Source of the DNA: Nitrospirota bacterium
GTDB lineage: Bacteria > Nitrospirota > UBA9217
Length of the DNA: 64,000 nt
Assembly: GCA_963840455.1 (NCBI GenBank)
Contig: CAWIYV010000010.1
Span: forward strand, 382,785-446,784
Reading direction: 5' to 3'
The position numbers and the translations under genes are program-made. This document shows positions 44,916 through 54,897 of this stretch, piece after piece (the first letter of the stretch is position 1; the number at the start of each line of letters is the position of its first letter). The notes beneath the pieces are model-generated. The model had not been told where the DNA came from. It searched no databases and saw only the letters and a list, made by a program, of their open reading frames with translations.

Positions 44916-46286
44916 TCACTTGCCGATGCAAAAATCATTGAATATCCTCTCCAGGATATCGTCGGTGTATGTCGCGCCGATGATCATGCCAAGGTGATCA
45001 AGCGCGTCGCGCAAATCAAGGGCGATAAGCTCGGGCGACAAACTCACTCCCGCTGTCTCGAGCGCCCGCTCTACTGCAGCCCGCGTCAGCTCCAACTCGC
45101 GCCGGTGGCGCTCGTTTACCGCCCAGCCGTGTTCAGCAACAACAGTCCCGTCCTTGGTGACCATGCCGGCAATCATTTCCCGGAGCGCGTCCAGTCCCGC
45201 GCCGCTCGCGCACGAAACCTCGACCTTCTGAGCTGCATCATTGATCGGCCCGATCCTGCGCGGCAGGTCCACCTTGTTGATCACGATGATCCTGTTCTTG
45301 CCGCTGACCTCCCGCAGGACCCGCTTGTCCCCATCGTGCAGGGGCACTGATCCATCGAGCACGGTGATCGCGATGTCCGCATCTTCAATGGCCGCGAGGC
45401 TCCTCTTTACTCCCTCCGTCTCCACCATGTCATGAGTGTCCCGAATCCCCGCTGTATCAATGATCCTGACCATCACGCCCGCGATGTTCAGGCTTTCCTC
45501 AATCACATCCCGCGTCGTGCCAGGGATGGCAGTGACGATGGCCCGGTCCTGCCGGAGCAGCGCGTTCATGAGCGACGATTTGCCGACATTCGGCCTTCCC
45601 ACGATTGTCGCCGCCGCGCCCTCCCGCAGGATCCTTCCGAACGTGTGGCTCCTCAGAAGCTGGTCAACATCCTCCAGAGCGCGCTGCAAAGCGTCGCGCA
45701 GCGTCCCTCCCGTTGGCGTCTCGATGTCCTCGTCGGGAAAATCGACCCCCGCCTCCACTCCGGCAAGAATGCCGACGATCTGTTCCCGCACCGTATCGAT
45801 CCGCTGTGAAAGCCCGCCCTTCAGCTGCTCATTCGCCGCGCGCAGGCTCAGCTCCGTCCGGGCCCGTATGAGGTCCATCACCGCCTCGGCCTGCACCAGG
45901 TCGATCCTTCCGTTCATGAAGGCCCGCTTCGTGAACTCCCCCGGCTCTGCCTGGCGCGCTCCCGCCGCGTTCAATAGGCGGACCGTGCGCCAGAGCGGGG
46001 CAAGGCCTCCGTGGCAGTTGACCTCCACAACGTCCTCACGGGTGTACGTGGCTGGAGCGCGCATGACCGAAAGGAGCACCTCATCGACCGTGTCGCCGTC
46101 CTCAGGGTCAACGATGTGGCCGTAGTGGATCCGGTGGCTCTTCGCAGCGCGGATATCCCCGCCCTGCTTCGGCCTGAAGAGACGTGCCGCGATATCAATG
46201 GCATCCCTCCCGCTCACGCGGATGATGCCGATGCCCCCTTCGCCGACCGGCGTCGAGACTGCACAGATGGTATCCTGTTCAGACAT
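44916..46286 (-). CDS. mnmE: tRNA modification GTPase MnmE (TrmE)
   Basis: 456 aa with the G domain GRPNVGKSSLMNAL and the C-terminal CIGK motif. Confidence 0.92.
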   Translation of the reverse strand: MSEQDTICAVSTPVGEGGIGIIRVSGRDAIDIAARLFRPKQGGDIRAAKSHRIHYGHIVDPEDGDTVDEVLLSVMRAPATYTREDVVEVNCHGGLAPLWRTVRLLNAAGARQAEPGEFTKRAFMNGRIDLVQAEAVMDLIRARTELSLRAANEQLKGGLSQRIDTVREQIVGILAGVEAGVDFPDEDIETPTGGTLRDALQRALEDVDQLLRSHTFGRILREGAAATIVGRPNVGKSSLMNALLRQDRAIVTAIPGTTRDVIEESLNIAGVMVRIIDTAGIRDTHDMVETEGVKRSLAAIEDADIAITVLDGSVPLHDGDKRVLREVSGKNRIIVINKVDLPRRIGPINDAAQKVEVSCASGAGLDALREMIAGMVTKDGTVVAEHGWAVNERHRRELELTRAAVERALETAGVSLSPELIALDLRDALDHLGMIIGATYTDDILERIFNDFCIGK

Positions 46287-46494
46287 TGGCGTATATTACC
46301 ATAAAGACCATGGCTGCAGAACAGGTTCTTTTCCCCCGTTCTGCCGGGGATGCCGGATAAATTGTTTTATGATAGAATATCGGCAACCGTAAGAAAAAAC
46401 ATGCTCCCGGCTTGTCATACAGGAGAATCCATGAACAGCGAAGGCCCTTTGGGAACGGTATCAGCACCATCTTTGTGTTTGTCCCTCCATCGGT

Positions 46495-48024
46495 ATGCAG
46501 CTCGACATCAGCAGGATGGGTTTTCCCGACGACTACCTCCCGCGTATGGAGCCTGCCATACAGAAGGCTTTTCATTCCATGGCGCTCCTCGAGGCAGGCG
46601 TCGTGGCGAACCCGGACGAGAACCGCATGGTCGGCCACTATTGGCTCAGGAGCCCCGATCGCTCCCCTTCTCCGGAGATCCGGCGCGAGATCGAGCATAC
46701 GGTCAAGGCCATCCTTAAATTTGTTCATGCTATTCACACGGGTTCGATCAAACCGGAGAAACGCGCGCGTTTTACCCGCCTGCTTTGCATCGGTATCGGT
46801 GGCTCTGCACTCGGCCCGCAGTTTGTTTCTGATGCCCTTGGTACTTCCCATGACCGCCTTAAGCCGTTCTTTCTCGACAACACTGATCCCGATGGCATCG
46901 ACCGCGTTCTTTCTGAGATAGACAACGACCTGGCTGAAACGCTCACGATCGTCATTTCGAAAAGTGGTGGAACAATCGAGACCAGGAACGGGATGGTGGA
47001 GACAGCAGAAGCATATCGAAAGAAAAAACTGAAATTTGAAAAACACGCAGTAGCAGTAACCGGGGTGGGAAGCAAGTTAGATATTCATGCTATTAATGGA
47101 AAATGGATAACAAGATTTCCGATGTGGGAATGGGTTGGTGGGAGAACCTCTATTACATCTGCTGTTGGACTTCTCCCAATGGCACTACAAGGTATTGATA
47201 TAATTGATTTTATAAGCGGCTCTTCACTTTGCGACACCTTTACGAGAAATACGATTACCTCTATCAATCCTGCTGCTCTTCTCGCCTTAATGTGGCATTA
47301 TGCGACAGACGGGCGCGGCAAACGGGATATGGTCATCCTTCCTTACAAGGACCGGCTCCATCTCTTTGCCAAGTATCTTCAGCAGCTCATCATGGAATCG
47401 ATCGGCAAGGAGAAGGACCTGCAGGGCAAGACCGTAAATCAGGGCATCACGGTCTACGGCAACAAGGGGGCGACAGACCAGCACGCCTATGTCCAGCAGC
47501 TGCGCGAGGGAGTGAACAATTTCTTCGTGACCTTCATCGAAGTGCTCGAGGACCGTGCCGGCCATTCCATTGAGGTCGAACCCGGCGTGACCAGCGGCGA
47601 CTACCTGAACAGCTATCTCCAGGGTACGCGCAATGCCCTTTACGAGAACGGCCGCCATTCCCTTACTATCACGATCGACCGTCTCGACGCACGATCGATC
47701 GGCGCACTTATCGCTCTCTACGAGCGCGCGGTCGGGCTCTACGCCTCGCTCGTGAACATCAACGCCTACCACCAGCCCGGTGTCGAAGCAGGGAAAAAAA
47801 TGGCCGGCGCCGTCATCGCAATCCAGAACCAGGTCCTTGCGTACCTGCACAAGAATCCCGGCCAATCGTTCACCGCGGAAGAGATTTCCAGAGCCATCAA
47901 CGCGGAAGACAGCGTTGAGATAATCTTCAAGGTCCTGCTGCATGCCAGCGCAAACAAGGACCACAAGATCAAGAAGACCGCAGGGAAGGACATTATTTCT
48001 TCAAAGTACGAATCTTTGCGATAG
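46495..48024 (+). CDS. pgi: glucose-6-phosphate isomerase; N-terminus probably disrupted by a frameshift, likely true start ATG 46431
   Basis: 509 aa PGI from ATG 46495. The conserved N-terminal [10 protein letters not shown] motif is encoded in-frame upstream (46441-46494) but behind a TGA at 46432. A strong AGGAG+ATG at 46421/46431 is in the -1 frame. Confidence 0.8.
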   Translation: MQLDISRMGFPDDYLPRMEPAIQKAFHSMALLEAGVVANPDENRMVGHYWLRSPDRSPSPEIRREIEHTVKAILKFVHAIHTGSIKPEKRARFTRLLCIGIGGSALGPQFVSDALGTSHDRLKPFFLDNTDPDGIDRVLSEIDNDLAETLTIVISKSGGTIETRNGMVETAEAYRKKKLKFEKHAVAVTGVGSKLDIHAINGKWITRFPMWEWVGGRTSITSAVGLLPMALQGIDIIDFISGSSLCDTFTRNTITSINPAALLALMWHYATDGRGKRDMVILPYKDRLHLFAKYLQQLIMESIGKEKDLQGKTVNQGITVYGNKGATDQHAYVQQLREGVNNFFVTFIEVLEDRAGHSIEVEPGVTSGDYLNSYLQGTRNALYENGRHSLTITIDRLDARSIGALIALYERAVGLYASLVNINAYHQPGVEAGKKMAGAVIAIQNQVLAYLHKNPGQSFTAEEISRAINAEDSVEIIFKVLLHASANKDHKIKKTAGKDIISSKYESLR

Positions 48025-48046
48025 AGCGTCTTGACGCCCTGCTCGA

Positions 48047-49182
48047 TCACATCAGCCCGTCGATAGCCTCAAAGAGCCTTTCAATATCGGATTCGATGTT
48101 GTAAAAATGCGGTGACACACGCAAACCCCCGCCCCGGACGTTGACCATGATCCCCTTCTCCCGAAGTCCGATTCTGACCGCCTCCTGATCGAAATGCCCC
48201 CTAAACGTTACGTTGCCTCCTCGTTCGCGGCGCTCCCTCGGCGTCAGAATTTCGAATCCCCTTTTGTCCGCTTCTTCGATTATCTCATCGCCTAGATCGA
48301 GCACGTGCTGTTCGATATCCCTATGCTGGCTTCCAGGAGCAGCTCTACTGCCGCCCCGAGGCCGAAGACCCCCATCAGGTTCATGGATCCCTCCTCGAAT
48401 CGCTGTGCATCTCGCTTCAGTACGAGGTGCGGCTGATCGAAATCGAACTCGTTCTGAACGCTCTTCCAGCCGATAAGCGATGGGGCAATGCGTTCGGTTA
48501 GCTCCTTTCTGCAGTAGAAGATCCCGATCCCTTCGGGGCCGAGAAGCCATTTGTGCGCATCTGCAGAAAGAAAATCCACGTTACACGCCTGCACATCCAT
48601 CGGGATCATGCCCAGGCTCTGAATGGCATCAACACAGAGCAGAATGTTCCTATCGCGGCACAGACCGCCCAGCCGCTTCAAATCGATCCTGAACCCGTTG
48701 GAGAACTGGACCGAGCTGACTGTTACCATACGCGTCCGGCTGTCCATGAGCCTCTCAATGTCTTCGATCTGAACCCTCCCGTTCCTGAAAGGAACCGGTC
48801 TCGCTTCGACACCTTTTCTTTTGAGGTTCTGCCACGGAAATATATTTGAGGGGAATTCCCGTTCATAGAACAAAATGTTCTCCCCGGCTTTCCAATCAAT
48901 ACCCTCCGCAACAAGGGAAAGTCCATGCGAAGTGTTCTTAACAAAGGCGATTTCATCTGCTTCTGCGTGAATGAGACGGGCGCAGCTTGTTCTGACCTCA
49001 TTGACCCTGTGTGCCCACGCGGGATAATGGAACGCCCCGCCTTCTGATGATTCCCGAAGAAAAACCTCGACGGCAGACTTCACGCGCACGGAGGCCGGCG
49101 CAACGCCCGCGTGGTCGAGGTAGATATAGTTCTCCACCACAGGAAATTCCCGTCGGTATTTTTCTATCGTTTTATCGTCCAT
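48047..49182 (-). pseudogene. class V aminotransferase / cysteine-desulfurase-like PLP enzyme, split by a frameshift near 48320-48340
   Basis: Frame A (49182..48292) encodes the N-terminal four-fifths, including the AHKW pyridoxal-lysine region. Frame B from about 48316 continues with the conserved C-terminus (IEQHVLDLGDEII...RVSPHFYN). A single-base indel in ...agcatagggatatcgaacag... would restore one ORF. Confidence 0.6.
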
Positions 49183-49442
49183 GGCTTTCGTATATACACC
49201 TCTTTATCCGCGCGCGACAGCCTCTTGATCGCATGCTCCTTCTTCAGCGCATCCGACCTCCCCCTGCACGTTTCATGGTGCACCATCCTGACCGGCAGTC
49301 TGCTTCTCGTATATTTCGATGCGGTCCCGTTCCGGTGCCTCTCGAGACGCCTCGGCAAATCCACGGTTATCCCGGTATACAGCGTCCTGTCGCCGCACTT
49401 TAGTATGTACAGGCTCCACTTCTTTTTTATCGTTTTCGGCAC
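49164..49442 (-). CDS. GIY-YIG nuclease-family protein (UPF0213/YhbQ-like)
   Basis: WSLYILKCGDRTLYTGITVDLPRRLERH...ALKKEHAIK. Probable GTG start at 49442. The track ORF start at 49499 is a TTG. Confidence 0.55.
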   Translation of the reverse strand: MPKTIKKKWSLYILKCGDRTLYTGITVDLPRRLERHRNGTASKYTRSRLPVRMVHHETCRGRSDALKKEHAIKRLSRADKEVYIRKPWTIKR

Positions 49443-49520
49443 GCGGAAATTGTAATGAAACTGCCCTGTAATAGCAAGATGATTGTAGACAGTACCCAAG
49501 AAAGACGTTATTATTTCGGC

Positions 49521-49955
49521 ATGAAAAAAGGCATTGACTACATCGGTGTCGGAACCGGCGCGATTATTTTCAATAAGGACGGAGCCCTCTTTCTAGCGAA
49601 ACGCGGAAAAGAAGCGCGGAACGAGAAGCACAAATGGGAGTTCCCCGGTGGCAGCGTCGAGTTCGGTGAGACCTTGGAAAATGCCCTCGTGCGGGAAGTG
49701 CGGGAGGAATTCGGGTTCGTGATCAAGGTGATTCAGCTTCTTGATGTGGTGAACCACATCCTACCCAAGGAAAAGCAGCACTGGGTCTCCCCGACCTATC
49801 TATGCAGTTACATGAGCGGCGAGCCCTGCATCCTGGAACCACACAAATGCGAAGAGATCGGCTGGTTCAGCCTTGACAAGATTCCGGTGAACGATTTGAC
49901 CATGGCCTCTCAAAAAAGCCTGGGTAGTCTGAAGAAATATCTTTCTGCTAACTGA
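49521..49955 (+). CDS. NUDIX hydrolase
   Basis: Nudix box GGSVEFGETLENALVREVREEFG. ATG at 49521. Confidence 0.8.
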   Translation: MKKGIDYIGVGTGAIIFNKDGALFLAKRGKEARNEKHKWEFPGGSVEFGETLENALVREVREEFGFVIKVIQLLDVVNHILPKEKQHWVSPTYLCSYMSGEPCILEPHKCEEIGWFSLDKIPVNDLTMASQKSLGSLKKYLSAN

Positions 49956-50056
49956 TCCGTAGCATTTATGTGATTATGCATGAACCATTATCGTTCTTTT
50001 CCCGCCGATGTCTGTGCTCCTGAAATTCGGTGTTCTGCTGGCTTCTGAAACGACCC

Positions 50057-50081
50057 TCCCCCGGCAGGAGCCGGGGGTTTT
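50057..50081 (+). repeat. 25-nt hairpin repeat (copy 2), terminator-like, downstream of the NUDIX gene
   Basis: ctcccccggcaggagccgggggttt, identical to 10874..10898 and followed by ttct. Confidence 0.7.
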
Positions 50082-50186
50082 CTGCGGCTCAATAATCTTG
50101 GAGAAAATTATACGGGGTAAGATGATGTAGTCGTTCATGTTGTCACCACAACAACCACAACGGTCGACATGTCCGATCAAAAACAC

Positions 50187-50762
50187 TCATCGCTTACCGC
50201 CGGTGATCCACCAGTCACCTTTATCACTGAACCACCATAACGATGAATCTGTTTCTAGGATGGTCCTCGCGAGCTCTTTCGCGCTTTCGGTCTGGAGCCT
50301 CTTCATCGAGAAACCAAGCCATTCGTCAGCATACTTGTTCCCGAGATCCTTGTACTCCTTGAGTGCGAGGATCATTTCCAGCTGGTCTGCATCCTTTGCC
50401 AATCGTGCTTCTTCGGTCATTCCCTCCTCATATTCACTGATCAGTCCCTGGATCTCGTTGCCGAATGGAAGCGTCTCTACAAGGTCCTTAACAGCCTTTT
50501 TTTCATCCGCAGTGACATATTTCTTGTTAACATAATTAAGATCACCAGTCCTCGCTTCCGGCAGGTCATGGAAAAGACACATCTTGATCAACCTGTCAAC
50601 ATTGATCCCCGTTGCCGATTGTCCGAGTGCATATCCAATATATGTCGTTCTGAAAATGTGTTCTGCGACCGATTCTGCTCCGGTCCCGAGGAATTGAAAA
50701 CCGCTTCGTGGCGTGCGCTTCAGCATGCCTGCTTCGAACAAAAAGTTTGCGATATTTTTCAT
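50187..50762 (-). CDS. HD-domain phosphohydrolase (YfbR-like 5'-deoxynucleotidase family)
   Basis: HD motif (AEHIFRT...LFHDLPEARTGD). Confidence 0.72.
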   Translation of the reverse strand: MKNIANFLFEAGMLKRTPRSGFQFLGTGAESVAEHIFRTTYIGYALGQSATGINVDRLIKMCLFHDLPEARTGDLNYVNKKYVTADEKKAVKDLVETLPFGNEIQGLISEYEEGMTEEARLAKDADQLEMILALKEYKDLGNKYADEWLGFSMKRLQTESAKELARTILETDSSLWWFSDKGDWWITGGKR

Positions 50763-50858
50763 GGGATCTCTTTGTGGTATTATCGCAATAGCGATTCAGC
50801 TGGCATCCGGTGCTTTCTTCCGGGTTGTCCTGCTGATCAGTACCCGCGTGACCTGTGC

Positions 50859-51068
50859 TTACAATACCGTTATCATCCTTCCCTCATATTCCACAATCTG
50901 ACCCTTGCGGATCTTGCTCCTTTTTCTCAACTCCACAATTCCATCAACCTTTACAAGACCTTCTGCAATTGCTGTTTTTGCGGCACCACCCGTGGAACAG
51001 AGACCCTTGACCTTCAAAAGATCGTGCAGTTCTATGAACTTCTGATCCGTTATCTCGAATACTTCCAT
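50859..51068 (-). CDS. RNA-binding S4-domain protein (YbcJ-like)
   Basis: 69 aa with the S4 fold signature (KTAIAEGLVKVDG...KGQIVEYEG). Confidence 0.7.
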   Translation of the reverse strand: MEVFEITDQKFIELHDLLKVKGLCSTGGAAKTAIAEGLVKVDGIVELRKRSKIRKGQIVEYEGRMITVL

Positions 51069-51540
51069 ATTTCATCCTTCCCGGATTTTCCTTTAGACCG
51101 CCCCCGCAGCTTTTTCAATCGTATTGTTATGACGCTTTCAGAATAAACACGAGCTCTTTGTTCTCCACAATCTCTTCGGTAAATATATTATCAGTGATCA
51201 AGAGAAAGAAAGATACCACGCTGGTGACAGAAAGCCAATGAATTTTTTATTCCAGTATGTTTTTTTTCGATTGAAAATGATGACGCGGAAAATGTGTTCT
51301 CTATAAGATTATTATTACTATACTATATAAATAAAATTAGTAGTAGTAGTAGTAGGTCGTGTTGAAATGTTAGGATGAAACGCAACGATAGGAAAAGGAA
51401 TGAAAATTCTTGAAGGATAAGGCTGATGACATCGGAACCATGCTGATGGGATTTGTGTGGAAGAAAAAGCGGATAAAGGAATCCACAGGGTTGTGAGTAC
51501 GGAATCAACAGGGATGCGTTGAAAAGATGGTAAGTCCTTG

Positions 51541-51894
51541 TTATCCTGGAGGCCACGAAAAAGCTCGTCCCGATAACAAGTGAAGATGGATATGAAAGAC
51601 CGTCTGTCCGGCATTACGGCCGTTGTTGATGACCATCCGATAGCCACCATTATTGAGCCCGCGCTTTTCTCCAAGCGTTTGCGCAACGAAGAACAAATGC
51701 CCGATGAGCTCGCGGTCTACGTGTTTAATACTGTGAATGTCCTGGATATGCTTTTTCGGCACGATCAGAATATGGATCGGCGCCTGAGGGTTGATATCCT
51801 CGAATGCGACGGCATGCTCGTCTTCGTAGACCAGTTTGGCGGGCACCTTTTTTTCGATGATCTTGCAGAAGATGCAGTTTGGGTCGTGACCCAT
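51541..51894 (-). CDS. HIT-family (histidine triad) protein
   Basis: CIFCKII...HIHLHLL histidine triad. Start taken at ATG 51894 to avoid overlap with hisI. Confidence 0.8.
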   Translation of the reverse strand: MGHDPNCIFCKIIEKKVPAKLVYEDEHAVAFEDINPQAPIHILIVPKKHIQDIHSIKHVDRELIGHLFFVAQTLGEKRGLNNGGYRMVINNGRNAGQTVFHIHLHLLSGRAFSWPPG

Positions 51895-51905
51895 TTTACG
51901 TCCCC

Positions 51906-52232
51906 CTATTCCCGTGCAAAGCTTCGGAAGAAACAGCTCTTCTCTCCCGTGTGGCATGCTGGCCCCGTCTGGTCCACTTTGATGAGCAACGTGTCTAGGT
52001 CGCAGTCATACAGGATGTCCTTCACCTTCTGGACATGGCCGGACGTCTCCCCTTTTTGCCAGAACTTCTGCCGCGAACGGCTCCAAAACCAGGTGAATCC
52101 CGTTTCTACGGTTTTTTTTACAGACGCAGCGTTCATGTAGGCAACCATGAGCACGTCACCGCTTTTCCAGTCCTGGATTACAGCGGGAATCAGGCCTTTT
52201 TCATCGTACTTGAGGTCTGCCGGAATTTTCAT
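51906..52232 (-). CDS. hisI: phosphoribosyl-AMP cyclohydrolase
   Basis: 108 aa, GLIPAVIQD...[17 protein letters not shown]...CDLDTLL...CHTGEKSCF. Confidence 0.85.
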   Translation of the reverse strand: MKIPADLKYDEKGLIPAVIQDWKSGDVLMVAYMNAASVKKTVETGFTWFWSRSRQKFWQKGETSGHVQKVKDILYDCDLDTLLIKVDQTGPACHTGEKSCFFRSFARE

Positions 52233-52341
52233 GCCGGTCTTTTATCATAAATGCAGTGAAATGTCCAGTGGAAGCAACAAAAAACCGGTCTCGCATGGTA
52301 GTACGAGACCGGTCATCAAAACTCTTCAGGACGTTCTTTTT

Positions 52342-52815
52342 TTAAATAAATAGGTTGACCTGGGAATCTGCGGCAGCATCCAGCCACATTGCGGCGCCGC
52401 CGAATTCAACGCCATCGATGATGTCCGTTTGCTTGACACCCATGACATCCATGGTCATCTGGCAGGCGATGAGCTTGACGCCGCTTTCCTTCGCCATGTC
52501 GAGGAGTTGCCCGATAGTGGCGACGCCGTGTTTTTTGAACATGGACTTCATCATGGCTGTTGCCATGGCCTCCATTCCGGGAAGCGAAGAAATAAGAGTC
52601 GGGATGGGTACCGGCATTGGCATTGCGGGATTCCCGAGCGGCGAGACCTTGAGGCTGTCGGCCTTCCCTTTCTTGATAATGTCGAGTCCGTAGAATGTGA
52701 AGAAGATTGTTACATCCAAGTCCATCGCAGCGGCAGTGGTTGCGAGAATGAGTGGTGGATAGGCCATGTCAAGCGATCCCTTGGACGCAATGATGGTCAT
52801 TTTTTTCTTTGCCAT
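52342..52815 (-). CDS. DsrE/DsrF-like family protein
   Basis: 157 aa DsrE-fold protein immediately downstream of tusA. Confidence 0.65.
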   Translation of the reverse strand: MAKKKMTIIASKGSLDMAYPPLILATTAAAMDLDVTIFFTFYGLDIIKKGKADSLKVSPLGNPAMPMPVPIPTLISSLPGMEAMATAMMKSMFKKHGVATIGQLLDMAKESGVKLIACQMTMDVMGVKQTDIIDGVEFGGAAMWLDAAADSQVNLFI

Positions 52816-52828
52816 GGTGATAAGCCCC

Positions 52829-53071
52829 CTATGTCGTTTTCTTGATATAGAACGTGAACGTCCCCGAGCCTTCTTCGACCTTCAGGATCTCATTACCGGT
52901 CCTTTTGGCCCACGACGCCATATCGTTCTTTGATCCGGGGTCCGTGGTCTCGACCTTCAAGACCTGGTCTTTGGAAAGTCCTTCGATGGTTTTCTTGGTC
53001 TTTAAGATCGGGAGAGGACAGCTCATCCCTTTTGCATCGAGCAACTGGTCAAATTTGATGTCTGCTGACAT
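52829..53071 (-). CDS. tusA: TusA-family sulfurtransferase
   Basis: 80 aa with the conserved CPLP motif (KGMSCPLPILKTKK). Confidence 0.82.
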   Translation of the reverse strand: MSADIKFDQLLDAKGMSCPLPILKTKKTIEGLSKDQVLKVETTDPGSKNDMASWAKRTGNEILKVEEGSGTFTFYIKKTT

Positions 53072-53475
53072 ATAGCTACCCCCTTCTTGTCATAAGATGA
53101 TAAAAATATTCCTGTGCAACAAGTGTTTTATTATAGCCGCCAATAGTTTCAAAGTCAAGCAATTTTGCATGAATTGTTTGTAATGACGATGCAAACTTCC
53201 GTATCCGGTAAGCATGAAAAGAAAAATACCTTGCCAGAGATTAGTCGTTCTGGTATAGTTCCGCCTCTCTCATTGCATTGAATTATAGAGTCAGCAAGAA
53301 CCATGCTTGGACTGGTTTTTCACGCGCTTGTGAAAAGCAGCAATCATAGGGCCGGAAAAAGCGGATAGATGACATCCCCGCAGCCAAATAACTATTTAAT
53401 AATACAAACGTTTTTGGCTTATTAACAGGTGTGGATAAGCATGTTTGTAACCACCAGCTTTTTTTGAGGTAACGT
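53072..53475. promoter_or_regulatory. AT-rich dnaA upstream region / candidate oriC, with a perfect DnaA box at 53430..53438
   Basis: TGTGGATAA (reverse complement of TTATCCACA) 38 nt upstream of the dnaA ATG. Weaker box-like 9-mers (TGTGAAAAG, GCGGATAGA) also present. The region is much more AT-rich than its flanks, and gene orientation switches here. Confidence 0.5.
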
Positions 53476-54810
53476 ATGGATTTGGCAGGGGTTTGGGAAG
53501 AGATCCTTTTCCTGATAGAAAACAAGATGTCCCGTCAGGGCTATGATACGTGGTTTGCTCAGTCAAGGCTCGTTTCTTTCGATGGCCAGAAGATAGTCAT
53601 TCAGGTCCCGAGCAAGTTCCACCGTGACTGGATCCGGGAACACCATCATGACGTCCTTAGTGATGTCATCAGGGAAGTGACCAAGAAGGACACCATCGAG
53701 ATAGATTTCTTCGTTGAGCCCCAGGAGCCTCCAAAAAAAGCCGCCAAAACCTCCAAGGACGAAAAGAGAGAGGACCGACAGCAAAAGACCAGTCTTCTTC
53801 ATGATAGAAAATACACCTTTAACTCTTTTGTTGTTGGCCCAAGCAACCAGTTCGCCCACGCTTCGGCAAAAGCCGTAGCAGAAGCACCCGGCAGAGCATA
53901 TAATCCGCTTTTCATATACAGCGGGGTAGGGCTTGGCAAAACCCACCTGGTCAACGCCATTGGCCATTTCGTCCAGAGCAAGAATCCTCGTGCAAGAGCA
54001 GCCTATCTCTCTTCCGAACAGTTCACGAATGAACTGATCAGCCACTTGAGCCACAAAACGATGGATGCGTTCCGCATGAAATACCGGAATATGGATATCC
54101 TGATCATTGATGATATTCAGTTCATGGCCGGAAAAGAGCGGACTCAAGAGGAGTTCTTTCATACCTTCAACACGCTGTATGAAGCGCAGAAGCAAATCGT
54201 GCTCACGAGCGACCGCCAGCCGAAGGAGATCCCCGACATCGAGGAGCGCCTTCGTTCTCGTTTCGAAGCCGGTCTTATTGCCGATATTCAGCCTCCTGAC
54301 CTTGAGACGCGCATCGCGATCCTGAAGAAGAAGGCGGACCTCCAGAATATCCGGCTTCCCGATGATGTCGCGGCATATCTTGCCACAATCCTCAGGAACA
54401 ACATCCGGGAACTGGAAGGGGGACTTATGAGGCTCGGTGCGATTGCGTCCCTCACGAACACCGAGATCACTGTTGACCTCGCCAAGGCCGAAATGAAGCA
54501 TTTGGTCGACCTACGGGAAAAGGTGATCACGAACGAGCTCATCCAGAAGCTGGTCGCAGAGTCGTTCGGCGTGAAGCCCATAGAACTTAAGTCGAAACGG
54601 CGCACGCGAACGGTCGTCCTGCCACGCCAGGTGGCCATGTATCTCTGCAGGCATCTGGCCGGTTCGTCGCTTCCGGAGATAGGCCAGTTCTTCGGAGGAA
54701 AGGACCACAGCACGGTGATCCATTCCTGCAACACCATCGAGGAAAAGAAGGAAAAAGACCCCGAGCTCAAGGCCCGGATCGAAGCGCTTACAAAGCAGCT
54801 AAAATCTTGA
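53476..54810 (+). CDS. dnaA: chromosomal replication initiator protein DnaA
   Basis: 444 aa with the AAA+ motif GVGLGKTHL and the C-terminal DNA-binding domain (PRQVAMYLCR...). Confidence 0.95.
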   Translation: MDLAGVWEEILFLIENKMSRQGYDTWFAQSRLVSFDGQKIVIQVPSKFHRDWIREHHHDVLSDVIREVTKKDTIEIDFFVEPQEPPKKAAKTSKDEKREDRQQKTSLLHDRKYTFNSFVVGPSNQFAHASAKAVAEAPGRAYNPLFIYSGVGLGKTHLVNAIGHFVQSKNPRARAAYLSSEQFTNELISHLSHKTMDAFRMKYRNMDILIIDDIQFMAGKERTQEEFFHTFNTLYEAQKQIVLTSDRQPKEIPDIEERLRSRFEAGLIADIQPPDLETRIAILKKKADLQNIRLPDDVAAYLATILRNNIRELEGGLMRLGAIASLTNTEITVDLAKAEMKHLVDLREKVITNELIQKLVAESFGVKPIELKSKRRTRTVVLPRQVAMYLCRHLAGSSLPEIGQFFGGKDHSTVIHSCNTIEEKKEKDPELKARIEALTKQLKS

Positions 54811-54897
54811 TAGTTTTAGGTTTTTCAAGATATATTTATATTGCTATTTACCAGGCTTTCTGATAATATTGGCGAATATCCGAGGGAGGCTTTCTGA

